Positions 8,808 through 18,963 of a DNA stretch of 64,000 nucleotides are shown here, piece after piece (position 1 is the stretch's first letter; the number at the start of each line of letters is the position of its first letter). The notes below the pieces were generated by a model. That model saw only the letters and a list, made by a program, of their open reading frames with translations, was not told the origin of the DNA and did no database searches. The DNA lies in the NCBI GenBank assembly GCA_037141455.1, contig JBAXCN010000003.1, positions 4,218-68,217 of the forward strand, in the 5' to 3' direction. The stretch comes from Bacteroidota bacterium. GTDB taxonomy: Bacteria > Bacteroidota > Bacteroidia > UKL13-3. Position numbers and translations under genes: made by a program.

Positions 8808-9188
8808 ATGGAAAAGAAAATAATAACAAGTCCAAATGCACCAGCACCTATTGGTCCTTACAGCCATTCAGTATTAATTGGCAACACATTATACATCAGT
8901 GGTCAAGTAGCCAAAGATGCTATTTCGGGCGAAATGGTTCAAAGCGATATAAAAGCTGAAACCGCCAAAGTAATGGAAAACTTAAAGGCAATACTTAACG
9001 CTGCCGATATGGATTTTTCGAACGCAGTAAAAGCCACTATTTATTGTACCAATTTAGCAGATTTTACTGCAATTAACGAAGTATATGGTACTTATTTTAC
9101 ATCCGATTTCCCTGCACGCGAAACAGTGCAAGTTGTTAAGTTACCATTAAATGCAAATGTAGAAATAAGCATAGTTGCTGTAAAATAA
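8808..9188 (+). CDS. ridA: RidA/YjgF family reactive-intermediate deaminase
   Basis: MEKKIITSPNAPAPIGPYSHSV...ARETVQV. The start was moved to ATG 8808 because the track ORF from 8562 overlaps the convergent gene. Confidence 0.85.
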   Translation: MEKKIITSPNAPAPIGPYSHSVLIGNTLYISGQVAKDAISGEMVQSDIKAETAKVMENLKAILNAADMDFSNAVKATIYCTNLADFTAINEVYGTYFTSDFPARETVQVVKLPLNANVEISIVAVK

Positions 9189-9787
9189 TGAACAAAAAAG
9201 TTAGTTATATAATATCGGCAGTTTTTCAGCCAATAATTATAAATTTTGTTATTATCCTTCTGATATTTAACTATTTTCCTTCTTTGGCTGCATTATCAAA
9301 AAACAAAATCATAACCATTATTGGCGTTATTGTGAGCCTTACTTTAATACTTCCTATTATTGTTGTAACAACTTTAAAGCTAACTAATCAAATAGAAAGC
9401 ATTCAATTAAAAAAATTAAAGGATAGAAAATGGCCGTTTTTATTTACTTGTATTGGTTATTTAATGAGTTTTTATTTATTAAATAAAGCAGGAGTATCGG
9501 TTATCATTTTAAAATATTTATTAGGTGGTTGTATAAGCATTATAACGCTAACTATAGTTAGTTTTTTTTGGCAAATAAGTGTGCATACAGCCAGTATGGG
9601 TACTTTGGTTAGCATATTAATAATAATAAATAATTATTTACAAATAGATTTAAGGTTAGGAATAGCTTTATGTATTAGTTTATCGGGTTTGGTAGCTAGT
9701 GCCAGGTACTTTAGCAATGCGCATGATATACCCCAATTAATTTGTGGTTTTTTGGTAGGGTTTATTCCTCTTTTAGTAATAATGTAA
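9188..9787 (+). CDS. Integral membrane protein, possibly PAP2-like
   Basis: About 6 hydrophobic segments. SVHTAS and ARYFSNAHD loosely resemble PAP2 motifs. TAATG overlap with the ridA stop. Confidence 0.45.
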   Translation: MNKKVSYIISAVFQPIIINFVIILLIFNYFPSLAALSKNKIITIIGVIVSLTLILPIIVVTTLKLTNQIESIQLKKLKDRKWPFLFTCIGYLMSFYLLNKAGVSVIILKYLLGGCISIITLTIVSFFWQISVHTASMGTLVSILIIINNYLQIDLRLGIALCISLSGLVASARYFSNAHDIPQLICGFLVGFIPLLVIM

Positions 9788-9799
9788 AAAAAAATAAAT

Positions 9800-10564
9800 A
9801 TGAGAAAAAAAATAATAGCAGGAAACTGGAAAATGAATAAAAGCTTTGACGAAAGCATGGCTTTAGTTTCGGAATTAAGTAATATGATTAAAGATGAATA
9901 CCACGGAAGTGCGGAAGTGGTAATTATTCCCCCAAGTTTATATATTAACTCGGTTAGCCGCATGGTTGCCGATTTTAACAACATAAGTTCAGGAGCGCAA
10001 AATTGTAGTAACCATGCAAGTGGAGCTTACACAGGCGAAATAAGTGCAACCATGATTAAAAGTTGTGGTGGAAAATATATAATTATTGGCCACAGCGAAC
10101 GCAGGCAATACTTTGGCGAAACCAACGATTGGTTAGCAAAAAAAATTGATGCAGTTTTAGCTGAAAACTTAAATCCAATTTATTGTGTAGGCGAAACTTT
10201 AGAAGAACGTGAATCTAATGTGCATTTTGATGTTTTAACTAAACAAGTAAGCGAAGGTTTGTTTCATTTAAATGCCGAACAAATGGCTGAAGTGGTAATA
10301 GCTTACGAACCAGTTTGGGCAATAGGAACAGGCAAAACTGCAAGCACTGCTCAAGCACAAGAAGTGCATGCTTTTATTAGAAACCTAGTAAAAGAAAAAT
10401 ACAGTAACGAAGTAGCCAATAATTTAACCATTCAGTATGGTGGAAGTGTAAAAGCCGAAAATGCTGTTGAGTTATTTTCAGCACCCGATATTGATGGTGC
10501 ATTGGTTGGTGGTGCTGCTTTGCAAAGCCGAAGTTTTGCTGATATTATTAAAGCAATGGCATAG
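9800..10564 (+). CDS. tpiA: Triosephosphate isomerase
   Basis: IAGNWKMN, GHSERR and AYEPVWAIGTGKTAS motifs. Confidence 0.96.
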   Translation: MRKKIIAGNWKMNKSFDESMALVSELSNMIKDEYHGSAEVVIIPPSLYINSVSRMVADFNNISSGAQNCSNHASGAYTGEISATMIKSCGGKYIIIGHSERRQYFGETNDWLAKKIDAVLAENLNPIYCVGETLEERESNVHFDVLTKQVSEGLFHLNAEQMAEVVIAYEPVWAIGTGKTASTAQAQEVHAFIRNLVKEKYSNEVANNLTIQYGGSVKAENAVELFSAPDIDGALVGGAALQSRSFADIIKAMA

Positions 10565-10633
10565 ATTTTTTAAGGGTTAGCATAAAATAATTGGCTGATT
10601 TTTAGCTTTTAATTTTATTATTAAAAAAATATT

Positions 10634-10662
10634 TTGTTTACAAATTATTAATCTTACATTTG
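10634..10662 (+). promoter_or_regulatory. Bacteroidota-type promoter for tRNA-Glu
   Basis: TTG at 10634-10636, an 18-nt spacer, then TACATTTG (TAnnTTTG) at 10655-10662, which is 14 nt before the tRNA 5' end. Confidence 0.5.
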
Positions 10663-10675
10663 CCAACCCAAAAAT

Positions 10676-10750
10676 GGCCCGTTCGTCTATCGGTTAGGAC
10701 AAATGGTTTTCATCCATTAAAGAGGGGTTCGACTCCCCTACGGGCTACCA
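10676..10750 (+). tRNA. tRNA-Glu (anticodon TTC), CCA encoded
   Basis: Manual fold: acceptor GGCCCGT/ACGGGCT, anticodon stem AATGG/CCATT with loop TTTTCAT, T-arm GGGGTTCGACTCCCC. It closely parallels the layout of E. coli tRNA-Glu. Confidence 0.9.
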
Positions 10751-10764
10751 ACGAAGGTAACAAA

Positions 10765-10797
10765 AGCCTTGAATATACTAATATTCAGGGCTTTTTT
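10765..10797 (+). terminator. Rho-independent terminator after tRNA-Glu
   Basis: 12-bp stem AGCCTTGAATAT/ATATTCAGGGCT (one G-U pair), loop ACTA, T-run. Confidence 0.8.
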
Positions 10798-10974
10798 GTT
10801 TTATTCCTTCAGCCAATGTTGGCTACCTTGCCAACATTATTAAAGGCTAGTATACTCGCAATGGAAGAACTTGTTATTTTAATTTAACTGAATTTGTAAA
10901 GTAAATCAGCTATTAGCTTTTTTGATATGCAGACTTAAGGGACTTAAAATGAGCTTTGAAAATATTATTATCTT

Positions 10975-12360
10975 TTAACTCAATAATTCAAAATCAACAC
11001 CAGCTATTTTCCAGTTATTTTGGTTTTTTACTAAATAAAAATGCATTGGTATTTTCTTCTTTACTTTTGCCCCTTCTTCTTTTTTTTCAATGTTACCTTC
11101 CAGTTTTATTTTGCTTTTAGTTTCGTTATAAAGCAAACTGGTTTTTTTGTAATTTCTAAACGATTCAACATTATTTATTAAAAGAAATAAATTGAATTTA
11201 TTTAATAACTCATCAATAGTTATAATTTCACCATTCAGTTTTATTTTTTTACCACAAATATTATTCAATATTTCTTTGCTTTCTTCTGGAATTAGTAACG
11301 AATGTATAAATTGTTTAGCCCTTGTTAATACTTCAAACTCAACGTTTGGATGAAAATCTTCATAAATAAAATGAATAATCATTCCCGGAAAATTTAAAGT
11401 TTGGGTTTCAATGGCAATTAACTCTTTTGTAATAAAATGATACATCACCTCATTGCTATATTCTGCTAAAAAATCGAGATGAATTGATTTTTTATTTAAT
11501 AATGTTAAAGCTTTATTCAACTCTTCTTTTAGTTGAGCAGGATTTAGTTTTTCTGTTTCTTTAAACTTTGGTTTTCCCAAGAGTTCAAATACAGATATTT
11601 TTTTCGATTCTTTGGCTAGTTTTTCAAATTCAATGATATTTTTTAAAAAAATATTTTCTATTTCAGTAGGAATTTCGTTATCGCTTCCATTCATTATTTG
11701 CCCGCCTAAAATATCTTCAATCTGAATTTTCATTAACTGATTTTCCATATGCAAACTCTCAGTTCGGCTTAATTTATTTACATCTGGAATTAATTTTATG
11801 ATATTATTACTTTTTAAATTTTCATAATTTCCAGTTGGGTCTTCGCCTATAAAATAATTTCCCCAATATAGCGATGGAGTAAAGTAGTTTGCTGGTTTAT
11901 TTCCATGAATATAATTCATTAAAATATTTTCTTCTTCATCAAAATCAATTTCGCTAATGCTTTCATAAGTATACATTCTCGAAATTATTTGATCTGTAAT
12001 GCTGTTCATAAAACCAAGCATTTTACGGCTATTGGTTTTGGTTATTTTGCAATTGTTAAAATGCAATAATTCTTCATTTAAAAAAGATTGGGGAAACGAA
12101 AATCGGGCTAACAAATTATTTAACCTTTCTTTAAATTCAGAAAATGTTTTATTTATGGTTTTACCCATAACTATTACAGTTATTAAACTTGGATAATGAA
12201 CATAAATTACAAAGCTTTTACCTTTAAACGAACTCGTTATAGTATTTGCATACCATTCGCTTAAAACAGAAATATTTTCTGATTTTAAATCAATAATTTC
12301 CGGTTTTATTCTTTGAGTATTGATTAGTTTTTGAGTTGCCCTCACAATTATCATTTTCAA
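10975..12360 (-). CDS. Hypothetical protein (461 aa)
   Basis: Long uninterrupted ORF with no signal peptide and no catalytic motif recognised. K/E-rich central linker. Confidence 0.6.
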   Translation of the reverse strand: MKMIIVRATQKLINTQRIKPEIIDLKSENISVLSEWYANTITSSFKGKSFVIYVHYPSLITVIVMGKTINKTFSEFKERLNNLLARFSFPQSFLNEELLHFNNCKITKTNSRKMLGFMNSITDQIISRMYTYESISEIDFDEEENILMNYIHGNKPANYFTPSLYWGNYFIGEDPTGNYENLKSNNIIKLIPDVNKLSRTESLHMENQLMKIQIEDILGGQIMNGSDNEIPTEIENIFLKNIIEFEKLAKESKKISVFELLGKPKFKETEKLNPAQLKEELNKALTLLNKKSIHLDFLAEYSNEVMYHFITKELIAIETQTLNFPGMIIHFIYEDFHPNVEFEVLTRAKQFIHSLLIPEESKEILNNICGKKIKLNGEIITIDELLNKFNLFLLINNVESFRNYKKTSLLYNETKSKIKLEGNIEKKEEGAKVKKKIPMHFYLVKNQNNWKIAGVDFELLS

Positions 12361-12482
12361 TTTTACATGTAGTAAACTGTAAAAGCAATTTTTTTTTTAT
12401 TTATTTGTTAATCATTTTTAAACATTAAACTATTTTTTAACAAATTGAGTTTAAATAAAAAATTTTACTTTTATTTGAATTT

Positions 12483-13739
12483 ATGAAATGGTTAGTTTTC
12501 AGTTTGTTTTTTTTAAACGCAGTTTTTTCTTTTAGTCAAAGCTTATTCGATAATGCAATTTTTGATAAAAAAGTACAAACAGTGCAACTTTTGATTGATG
12601 GAACAGACGATAGATACCCAATTATTTCATTAAATACTAACCAACAATTAAAGTTAAGTTTCGATGTTTTAGGAAACAATAATGAGTATTTTCAGTATAC
12701 CATTATTCATTGCGATCAAGCTTGGAATCAAACCAATATGCAGCAAAGTTTGTATATAAAAGGTATGACTTTTGATAATATTAATGATTTTAAATTTTCG
12801 ACAAATACTTATGTTAAATATGTGCATTACAATTTGTTATTGCCAAACGAAAACATTAAACCCACCATTGCAGGAAATTATATTTTAAAGGTTTATAGAA
12901 ACTTTGACGAAAATGATGTATTACTAACTAGGCGATTTATGGTTTTAAATAACCAAACCAAAATAGAGGCAACAGCTAAACCTGCTTCTTTAGCCGAGTA
13001 TAGATTTACCAAGCAAGAATTAAATTTTTCCATTGATTATAATGCAACAGCTATTCCAAATCCATTGCAGGATATAAAAGTAGTGATTTTGCAAAATTTT
13101 AGGTGGGACAATGCATTAAGAGGAATACAGCCTTTATTTGCGAGCAATGGTAAACTCGATTACAATTATTTTGATAAAACTTTATTTAATGGAAGCAATG
13201 AATTCAGGCTTTTTGATATCAGGAATTTAAGGCAGTTTAGTCAAAATGTAAGAACAAAATATTTTGATTCCGTTTACCACTGTATTTTAAATATGGACGA
13301 GCCAAGGGGAAGTAATCAATATGTTCAATTCCTAGATTATAACGGACGCAGAATTATAAATAACAAAGAAGGAATTAATACCGATATTGATGGAGATTAT
13401 GCTTTAGTTCAATTTCAATTAAGTGCTATTGCATATATACCTTCAACTACCGATGTATATGTTATTGGCGAGTTTACCGATTGGAAAATAAAACCCGAAT
13501 ACAAACTAACTTTTAATGCAAATAGAGCAAGATACGATTTAGAAATTCCTTTAAAACAAGGCCGATACGAATACATGTATACCCTGCTTGATAAAGAAAC
13601 TCAAATGAGTGATGAAAGTATTTTTGAAGGCAACCATGCCAATACTGAAAACGAATATTTAATTTTGGTTTATAACAGAAATTTGCAATTTAATTACGAT
13701 GAGTTAATTGGTACTACTTTGTTTAATTCAACCCGGTAA
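12483..13739 (+). CDS. DUF5103 / type IX secretion plug-like protein
   Basis: Signal peptide. The N-terminal pattern VQTVQLLIDG...PIISLNTNQQLKLSFDVLG...YQYTIIHCDQAW matches my recollection of the DUF5103 (T9SS plug) family. Confidence 0.55.
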   Translation: MKWLVFSLFFLNAVFSFSQSLFDNAIFDKKVQTVQLLIDGTDDRYPIISLNTNQQLKLSFDVLGNNNEYFQYTIIHCDQAWNQTNMQQSLYIKGMTFDNINDFKFSTNTYVKYVHYNLLLPNENIKPTIAGNYILKVYRNFDENDVLLTRRFMVLNNQTKIEATAKPASLAEYRFTKQELNFSIDYNATAIPNPLQDIKVVILQNFRWDNALRGIQPLFASNGKLDYNYFDKTLFNGSNEFRLFDIRNLRQFSQNVRTKYFDSVYHCILNMDEPRGSNQYVQFLDYNGRRIINNKEGINTDIDGDYALVQFQLSAIAYIPSTTDVYVIGEFTDWKIKPEYKLTFNANRARYDLEIPLKQGRYEYMYTLLDKETQMSDESIFEGNHANTENEYLILVYNRNLQFNYDELIGTTLFNSTR

Positions 13740-13813
13740 AATTTTTAAAAATAATATAACCAACCCATTATAAATTGTTTATAAAAAAATAATATCAGTT
13801 AACTAAGCAAACT

Positions 13814-13821
13814 TACTTTTG
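13814..13821 (+). promoter_or_regulatory. -7 box for recA
   Basis: TACTTTTG is an exact match to the Bacteroidota TAnnTTTG consensus, 22 nt upstream of the recA ATG. No well-spaced -33 TTG was found. Confidence 0.4.
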
Positions 13822-13843
13822 AAATAAAAAATAATATAAAACA

Positions 13844-14866
13844 ATGAGCGATAATAAAGAAAAATTGAAGGCCCTTCAATTAACAATGGATAAGTTAGAC
13901 AAGCAGTACGGTAAAGGAACTGTAATGCGCATGAGTGATAAATTAGTAGTTGCAGCCGAAGTAATATCAACTGGTTCGTTAAGTTTAGATATTGCTTTAG
14001 GAATTGGTGGCTTACCCGTAGGTAGAATTATTGAAATTTATGGCCCAGAAAGTTCAGGTAAAACCACTTTAAGTTTACATGCCATTGCTGAATGTCAGAA
14101 AAAAGGTGGCATTGCAGCTTTTGTTGATGCGGAACATGCTTTTGACAGAAGTTATGCTGAAAAGTTAGGAATTGATGTAGATAATTTAATTATTAGTCAG
14201 CCCGATGACGGAGAACAAGCATTAGAAATTGCCGATGCTTTAATTCGTTCTGGAGCAATAGATATTATTGTAATAGATTCGGTTGCTGCATTGGTTCCAA
14301 AGGCAGAAATAGAAGGCGAAATGGGTGAAAGCAAAATGGGTTTACAAGCCCGATTAATGAGCCAAGCTTTACGTAAATTAACTGGAACTATTAATAAAAC
14401 AGGCTGTGTTTGTATTTTCATTAACCAATTGCGCGAAAAAATTGGAGTAATGTTCGGCAATCCTGAAACTACTACTGGAGGAAATGCATTGAAATTTTAT
14501 GCATCGGTTCGTTTAGACATTAGAAGAATTGGTCAAATAAAAGAAGGAGTTGAAATTATTGGTAATAGAACAAAGGTTAAGGTGGCTAAAAACAAATTAT
14601 CGCCACCTTTCCGTACCGTAGAGTTCGATATTATTTATGGCGAAGGCATTAGCCGTTTAGGTGAAACCATTGATTTAGGAGTTGATTATGAAGTAATAAA
14701 AAAATCAGGATCATGGTTTAGTTATAACGATACTAAATTAGGGCAAGGGCGCGATTCAGTAAAACAAATTTTAACCGATAACCCTGAGTTAACAGCCGAA
14801 ATAGAAAGTAAAATATTTGAAAAAGCCAACTCTGGTGTAGTTAAAATTAAAGTTGCTGCTGAGTAA
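13844..14866 (+). CDS. recA: Recombinase RecA
   Basis: [16 protein letters not shown] Walker A, FVDAEHA and [27 protein letters not shown]. Confidence 0.98.
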   Translation: MSDNKEKLKALQLTMDKLDKQYGKGTVMRMSDKLVVAAEVISTGSLSLDIALGIGGLPVGRIIEIYGPESSGKTTLSLHAIAECQKKGGIAAFVDAEHAFDRSYAEKLGIDVDNLIISQPDDGEQALEIADALIRSGAIDIIVIDSVAALVPKAEIEGEMGESKMGLQARLMSQALRKLTGTINKTGCVCIFINQLREKIGVMFGNPETTTGGNALKFYASVRLDIRRIGQIKEGVEIIGNRTKVKVAKNKLSPPFRTVEFDIIYGEGISRLGETIDLGVDYEVIKKSGSWFSYNDTKLGQGRDSVKQILTDNPELTAEIESKIFEKANSGVVKIKVAAE

Positions 14867-14885
14867 ATAATTTTTATAAATTAAT

Positions 14886-14917
14886 AAAAAAACACGCTTT
14901 AGGGCGTGTTTTTTTTG
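14886..14917 (+). terminator. recA terminator
   Basis: AAAAAACACGC-TTTAGG-GCGTGTTTTTTTT. Confidence 0.85.
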
Positions 14918-14974
14918 CTCAAAATTCAATGTATTTTAATTCATTTACTTAGTAATTCACATTCAATAAATGTT

Positions 14975-15122
14975 TTTTAAATTGTTATTGATTAGTTGGG
15001 ATAAATGAATGGATTGATAAATAAAACCAACGAATATTTTTTGTTGTTTGACCCCGATGGGGTCACATGTTTATAATAAACTAAATCGCTCTAAAAATAT
15101 ACGACCCTATCGAGGTCGAACA
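14975..15122 (+). repeat. 148-bp structured element, copy 1
   Basis: Differs at 6 positions from copy 2. Contains the GC-rich hairpins TGACCCCGATGGGGTCA and CGACCCTATCGAGGTCG. Confidence 0.85.
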
Positions 15123-15188
15123 TTTTTATAAAGACCAAAGGAGTTTTTAAAATTGGACTTTATAATTTTTTTCAATTTTAAAAATTGA

Positions 15189-15336
15189 TTTTAAATTGTT
15201 ATGGAATAGTTGGGATAAATGAATGGATTGATAAATAAAACCAACGAATATTTTTTGTTGATTGACCCCGATGGGGTCACATATTTATAATCAACTAAAT
15301 CGCTCTAAAAATATACGACCCCATCGAGGTCGAACA
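15189..15336 (+). repeat. 148-bp structured element, copy 2
   Basis: Offset exactly 214 bp from copy 1 with no indels. Hairpins TGACCCCGATGGGGTCA and CGACCCCATCGAGGTCG, enclosed by GTTGATT/AATCAAC. Confidence 0.85.
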
Positions 15337-15437
15337 ACTAATAGCGGCCACTCATTTTCTTAAATATTACTTTATTTGATAATCGGTTATTGGTTTTAGA
15401 CAATTAAAATGTTTTTTCGTAAAACTATATAAATACT

Positions 15438-18209
15438 GTGAAAGTTAAAATTCCAATAATTATTTTTTTGTTATTCTGTTTTGTAAATGGTTTTTCTCAA
15501 AACAATTCTATTTCAGCAAGTGTAAATGACACTATGAACTTTAAATCAGTTAATAACTCAAGTGTTTCATTAATAAAATTTAACGATTCAATTTTAGTAG
15601 AACATATTTGGCTAAATGAGAAAGGTTTTTTTCAGTTTTTAAACATTCCTGCCGATACTTATTTAATACAAATTACCCGCCCCACTTTTGTTGATTATAC
15701 CGAAAAAATAATAATAAACGAAAATCAAAAAATTGATTTAGGAACTCTTTATATTATATCGAAAGCCAATTTATTAAAAGATGTAATTATAAAAGAAAAA
15801 ATGAATGCCATTCGCATTAAAGGCGACACCACCGAATTTTTAGTTGATAGTTTTTTGGTAAATAAAAACTCGAATGTAGAAGATTTACTAAAACGATTAC
15901 CTGGAATACAAGTAGATAAGGATGGGAAAATTACTGCTCAAGGCCAAGAAGTTAAAAAAGTTTTGGTTGATGGAGAGGAGTTTTTTGGCAACGACCCAAC
16001 TATAGCAACTAAAAATATTAGGGCCGATAATATTTCGACAGTGCAAGTTTTTGATAAAAAAAGTGAACAAGCAACTTTAACAGGAATTGATGATGGCGAA
16101 AAAAATAAAACTATTAATTTAACCCTAAAAGAAGATGCCAAAAAAGGCTATTTTGGTAAAATAAGTGCTTTGGAAGGTTTAGATGCCAACGAAAAAGCCA
16201 GGCTTGAGCGCGATGCCATGTTTAATTATTTTAGAAAGAAACTAAAAGTATCGGCTTATGCAGCTACTTCAAATACCAACAAAACAGGTTTAAGTTGGGA
16301 TGATAGAGAAACTTATACTGGTGGAATTGCTGGTAACATGGAAATGAGCGACAATGGAATGATGTTTTCTTATAACGATAACGAAGGCGATTTTTCGGGA
16401 GTTGGTATTCCTCAAACCACTTATTATGGGGGTTATTTTTCTAATAAATTCAATAATTTAAAACAATCGTTGAACGGAAACATTACCAGAAAAGAATTAG
16501 CTGTAAATGCCGAAGACAACAACTATACAAAATTTATCTTGCCCGATACGTTGTACTACAACAATCAATTAAATAGTATAAGAAATGCTAAGATTTTAAA
16601 TTCGGGTAATGCTAACTATGAGTACAATATTGACTCAACTTTATTATTAAAAGTAAAAATAAAAGGTTCGCAAAGTCAAAACAACAGCAACAACGATTTT
16701 GTAACGCAGAACTTAAACGAAAATGGAACATTAGTTAACGATAATGTTAGGAATTTGACCAATTTAAGCTCAAGTCAAGCGTTTAATTCATCAGTAAATT
16801 TAAATAAAAAATTTAAGCTAAAAGGGAGATCTTTGGCTTTAAATTTTGAAGGTATGGTTAATTCGAGCGTTTCTGAAGGTTTTCTACAATCAAATACCAA
16901 TTTTTATAATCCTGATAGTACCATTAATAACTCAAGTAATATTGATCAGAAAAAAACAAACGAAAGTTCACTCAACACAGTTAAAGCTTTTGTAAGTTAT
17001 ACTGAACCTCTTTCTAAAAAATGGTTTATTGTTACCGATTACGATATAGCAAATACAGTAAATAACTCAAAACGTTTTTCGTTCGATAAAAATTTAAACA
17101 ACGAATATTCAACATTGTTAGATACCTTAAGCAATAGTTTAAGGTATAATATATTAGCCAATAAAGGAGGTATTTCGTTAAAATACAATACCAAGAAATT
17201 GGTTTATTCATTAGGTGGCAAAGTGTCGTATACCGATTTACGACAGTATAATTTAATAAACAATGTAGAAATTGGTCAATACTTTTTTAACTTATTTCCT
17301 GCGGCAAATTTAATGTATAAAATAAAAAACACTTCTTCGCTTAGTGCTAATTATTCTGGTTATACCAACCAACCTTCATTGCAACAAATACAACCATTGT
17401 TTGATAATAGTAACCCGCTTGATATTTATTTAGGAAACCAAAACTTAGGACAAAGTTTTACTAATAGAATAAGTCTTACTTACAATAGTTACAAGCCTTT
17501 AACAGGAAGCAGCTTGTATGCAAATGTGTCGTTTAATGTTGTTAATAACGATTTTGCTTCGTTTGATAAAGTAGATGATTTTGGGAGGAAAATACACCAA
17601 ACTATAAATGTAGAGGGCAATTATTCAAGTAATTTTTATTCGTATTATTACTTTAAAATAAAAAAAATAAACTTAGGAGTTTCCAATAATATTTATGGAA
17701 ACATTTCTCGTAACAATAATTTTATAAATGGTTTTAGTAATACCAACAATAACCAAAGCTTAACTTACAGTTTAAACTTAGATTTTGAAAAAGAAGAAAA
17801 ATATGAAATATATGTAAGTAGCGAATTAACTTTTAATAACTCAACTTCTAGTTTAAGGCAAGATGTAAGAACACAATTTTGGATTCAAGAATACTCGCTA
17901 AGTGCTGAATTTTATTTACCCAAAAAGTTTGAAATTGGTGGAAATTGTACATTTAATATTCGCCAACGAACAAGCGATTTTGATAGAAACTTAAATACCA
18001 CTATATTTAATGCATACGTAAGTAAAAAACTATTTAAAAAAGATGCTTTGGAGATTAAACTTTCGGTAAATGATATTTTTAACCAAAATATTGGTTTTAA
18101 CAGAACAGCTACTAGCAATTACATAAACGAAAGAACTTACACAGTATTACAACGATACTTTTTATTTGGTGTTATTTGGAATTTTAGTAAAGGAGGAAAT
18201 AATGAATAA
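15438..18209 (+). CDS. Outer-membrane beta-barrel family protein (TonB-receptor-like, CarboxypepD_reg N-terminus)
   Basis: GTG start, signal peptide, CarboxypepD_reg-like segment (ADTYLIQITRPTFVDY), plug-like DLLKRLPGIQVDKDGKITAQG, and a long N/S/Y-rich barrel. Confidence 0.7.
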   Translation: MKVKIPIIIFLLFCFVNGFSQNNSISASVNDTMNFKSVNNSSVSLIKFNDSILVEHIWLNEKGFFQFLNIPADTYLIQITRPTFVDYTEKIIINENQKIDLGTLYIISKANLLKDVIIKEKMNAIRIKGDTTEFLVDSFLVNKNSNVEDLLKRLPGIQVDKDGKITAQGQEVKKVLVDGEEFFGNDPTIATKNIRADNISTVQVFDKKSEQATLTGIDDGEKNKTINLTLKEDAKKGYFGKISALEGLDANEKARLERDAMFNYFRKKLKVSAYAATSNTNKTGLSWDDRETYTGGIAGNMEMSDNGMMFSYNDNEGDFSGVGIPQTTYYGGYFSNKFNNLKQSLNGNITRKELAVNAEDNNYTKFILPDTLYYNNQLNSIRNAKILNSGNANYEYNIDSTLLLKVKIKGSQSQNNSNNDFVTQNLNENGTLVNDNVRNLTNLSSSQAFNSSVNLNKKFKLKGRSLALNFEGMVNSSVSEGFLQSNTNFYNPDSTINNSSNIDQKKTNESSLNTVKAFVSYTEPLSKKWFIVTDYDIANTVNNSKRFSFDKNLNNEYSTLLDTLSNSLRYNILANKGGISLKYNTKKLVYSLGGKVSYTDLRQYNLINNVEIGQYFFNLFPAANLMYKIKNTSSLSANYSGYTNQPSLQQIQPLFDNSNPLDIYLGNQNLGQSFTNRISLTYNSYKPLTGSSLYANVSFNVVNNDFASFDKVDDFGRKIHQTINVEGNYSSNFYSYYYFKIKKINLGVSNNIYGNISRNNNFINGFSNTNNNQSLTYSLNLDFEKEEKYEIYVSSELTFNNSTSSLRQDVRTQFWIQEYSLSAEFYLPKKFEIGGNCTFNIRQRTSDFDRNLNTTIFNAYVSKKLFKKDALEIKLSVNDIFNQNIGFNRTATSNYINERTYTVLQRYFLFGVIWNFSKGGNNE

Positions 18210-18963
18210 TCTTATTTTTCAATTAAAAAATTGGCTGTTTTTAACCGCTGTAGTTGTATTATTTATAACAAAAAGCAATGCGCAACAACTCATTCAGTCT
18301 GGAAAAATAACTTTTGAACGGAATGAAAACTTACATAAGTTAATTAACGATAAATCGAGTTGGAGCCAAGCCATGAAAAGCAAAATGCCTAAATACCGAA
18401 CCGATATTTTTCAACTTTCGTTCAATAAAAAAAGCAGTGCTTATAAATTAACTCAAGAAGATGAAAGCCCCTATGCCAATTGGTATTACAGGGTTGCTGC
18501 TCAAAACTCGGTTTTCACAAATATTGAAACCAATAAAATGATTGCCGATAAAATTGTGTATGAACGCAGTTACAGGGTGGAAGATTCGATTCCAAAAATG
18601 AAGTGGAAATTATTAGGCGAATACCGAAATATTGCTGGTTTTAATTGCCGAAAAGCTGCCACTATTCTTATGGATTCAATTTATATAATTGCATTTTATA
18701 CCGATGAAATACCAGTTAGTGCAGGTCCCGAATCGTTTCAAGGTTTACCCGGAATGATTTTAGGAATTGTTATTCCAAGGTTAAACATTACTTATTTTGC
18801 CACAAAGGTTGAAAATTTGGTTTTACCCGAAACAGAATTTATAACGCCAACCGCTCCTAAAAACAAAAAAACCAATATTTTAGAACTTAAAAAAGAAATT
18901 CTAAAAGACACCAAAGAATGGGGCGAGGACGGACCCAAAATTTATTGGAAAGTAATGTTATAA
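18202..18963 (+). CDS. GLPGLI family protein
   Basis: Signature FQGLPGMILGIVIP. Signal peptide after ATG 18202, with an 8-nt overlap onto the upstream barrel gene. Confidence 0.8.
   Translation: MNNLIFQLKNWLFLTAVVVLFITKSNAQQLIQSGKITFERNENLHKLINDKSSWSQAMKSKMPKYRTDIFQLSFNKKSSAYKLTQEDESPYANWYYRVAAQNSVFTNIETNKMIADKIVYERSYRVEDSIPKMKWKLLGEYRNIAGFNCRKAATILMDSIYIIAFYTDEIPVSAGPESFQGLPGMILGIVIPRLNITYFATKVENLVLPETEFITPTAPKNKKTNILELKKEILKDTKEWGEDGPKIYWKVML

Noticed and set aside
10660-10887. 75-aa ORF in the track
   Set aside because: It overlaps tRNA-Glu and its terminator, so it is an artefact.
10751-12480. Genomic island integrated at tRNA-Glu
   Set aside because: There is no downstream repeat of the tRNA 3' end, no integrase, and only one unknown gene before the conserved T9SS plug-like gene and recA.
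14975-15336. Possible CRISPR array downstream of recA
   Set aside because: There are only two repeat copies. They are 148 bp long with a 66-bp spacer, far outside CRISPR repeat and spacer dimensions, and no cas genes are present in the window.
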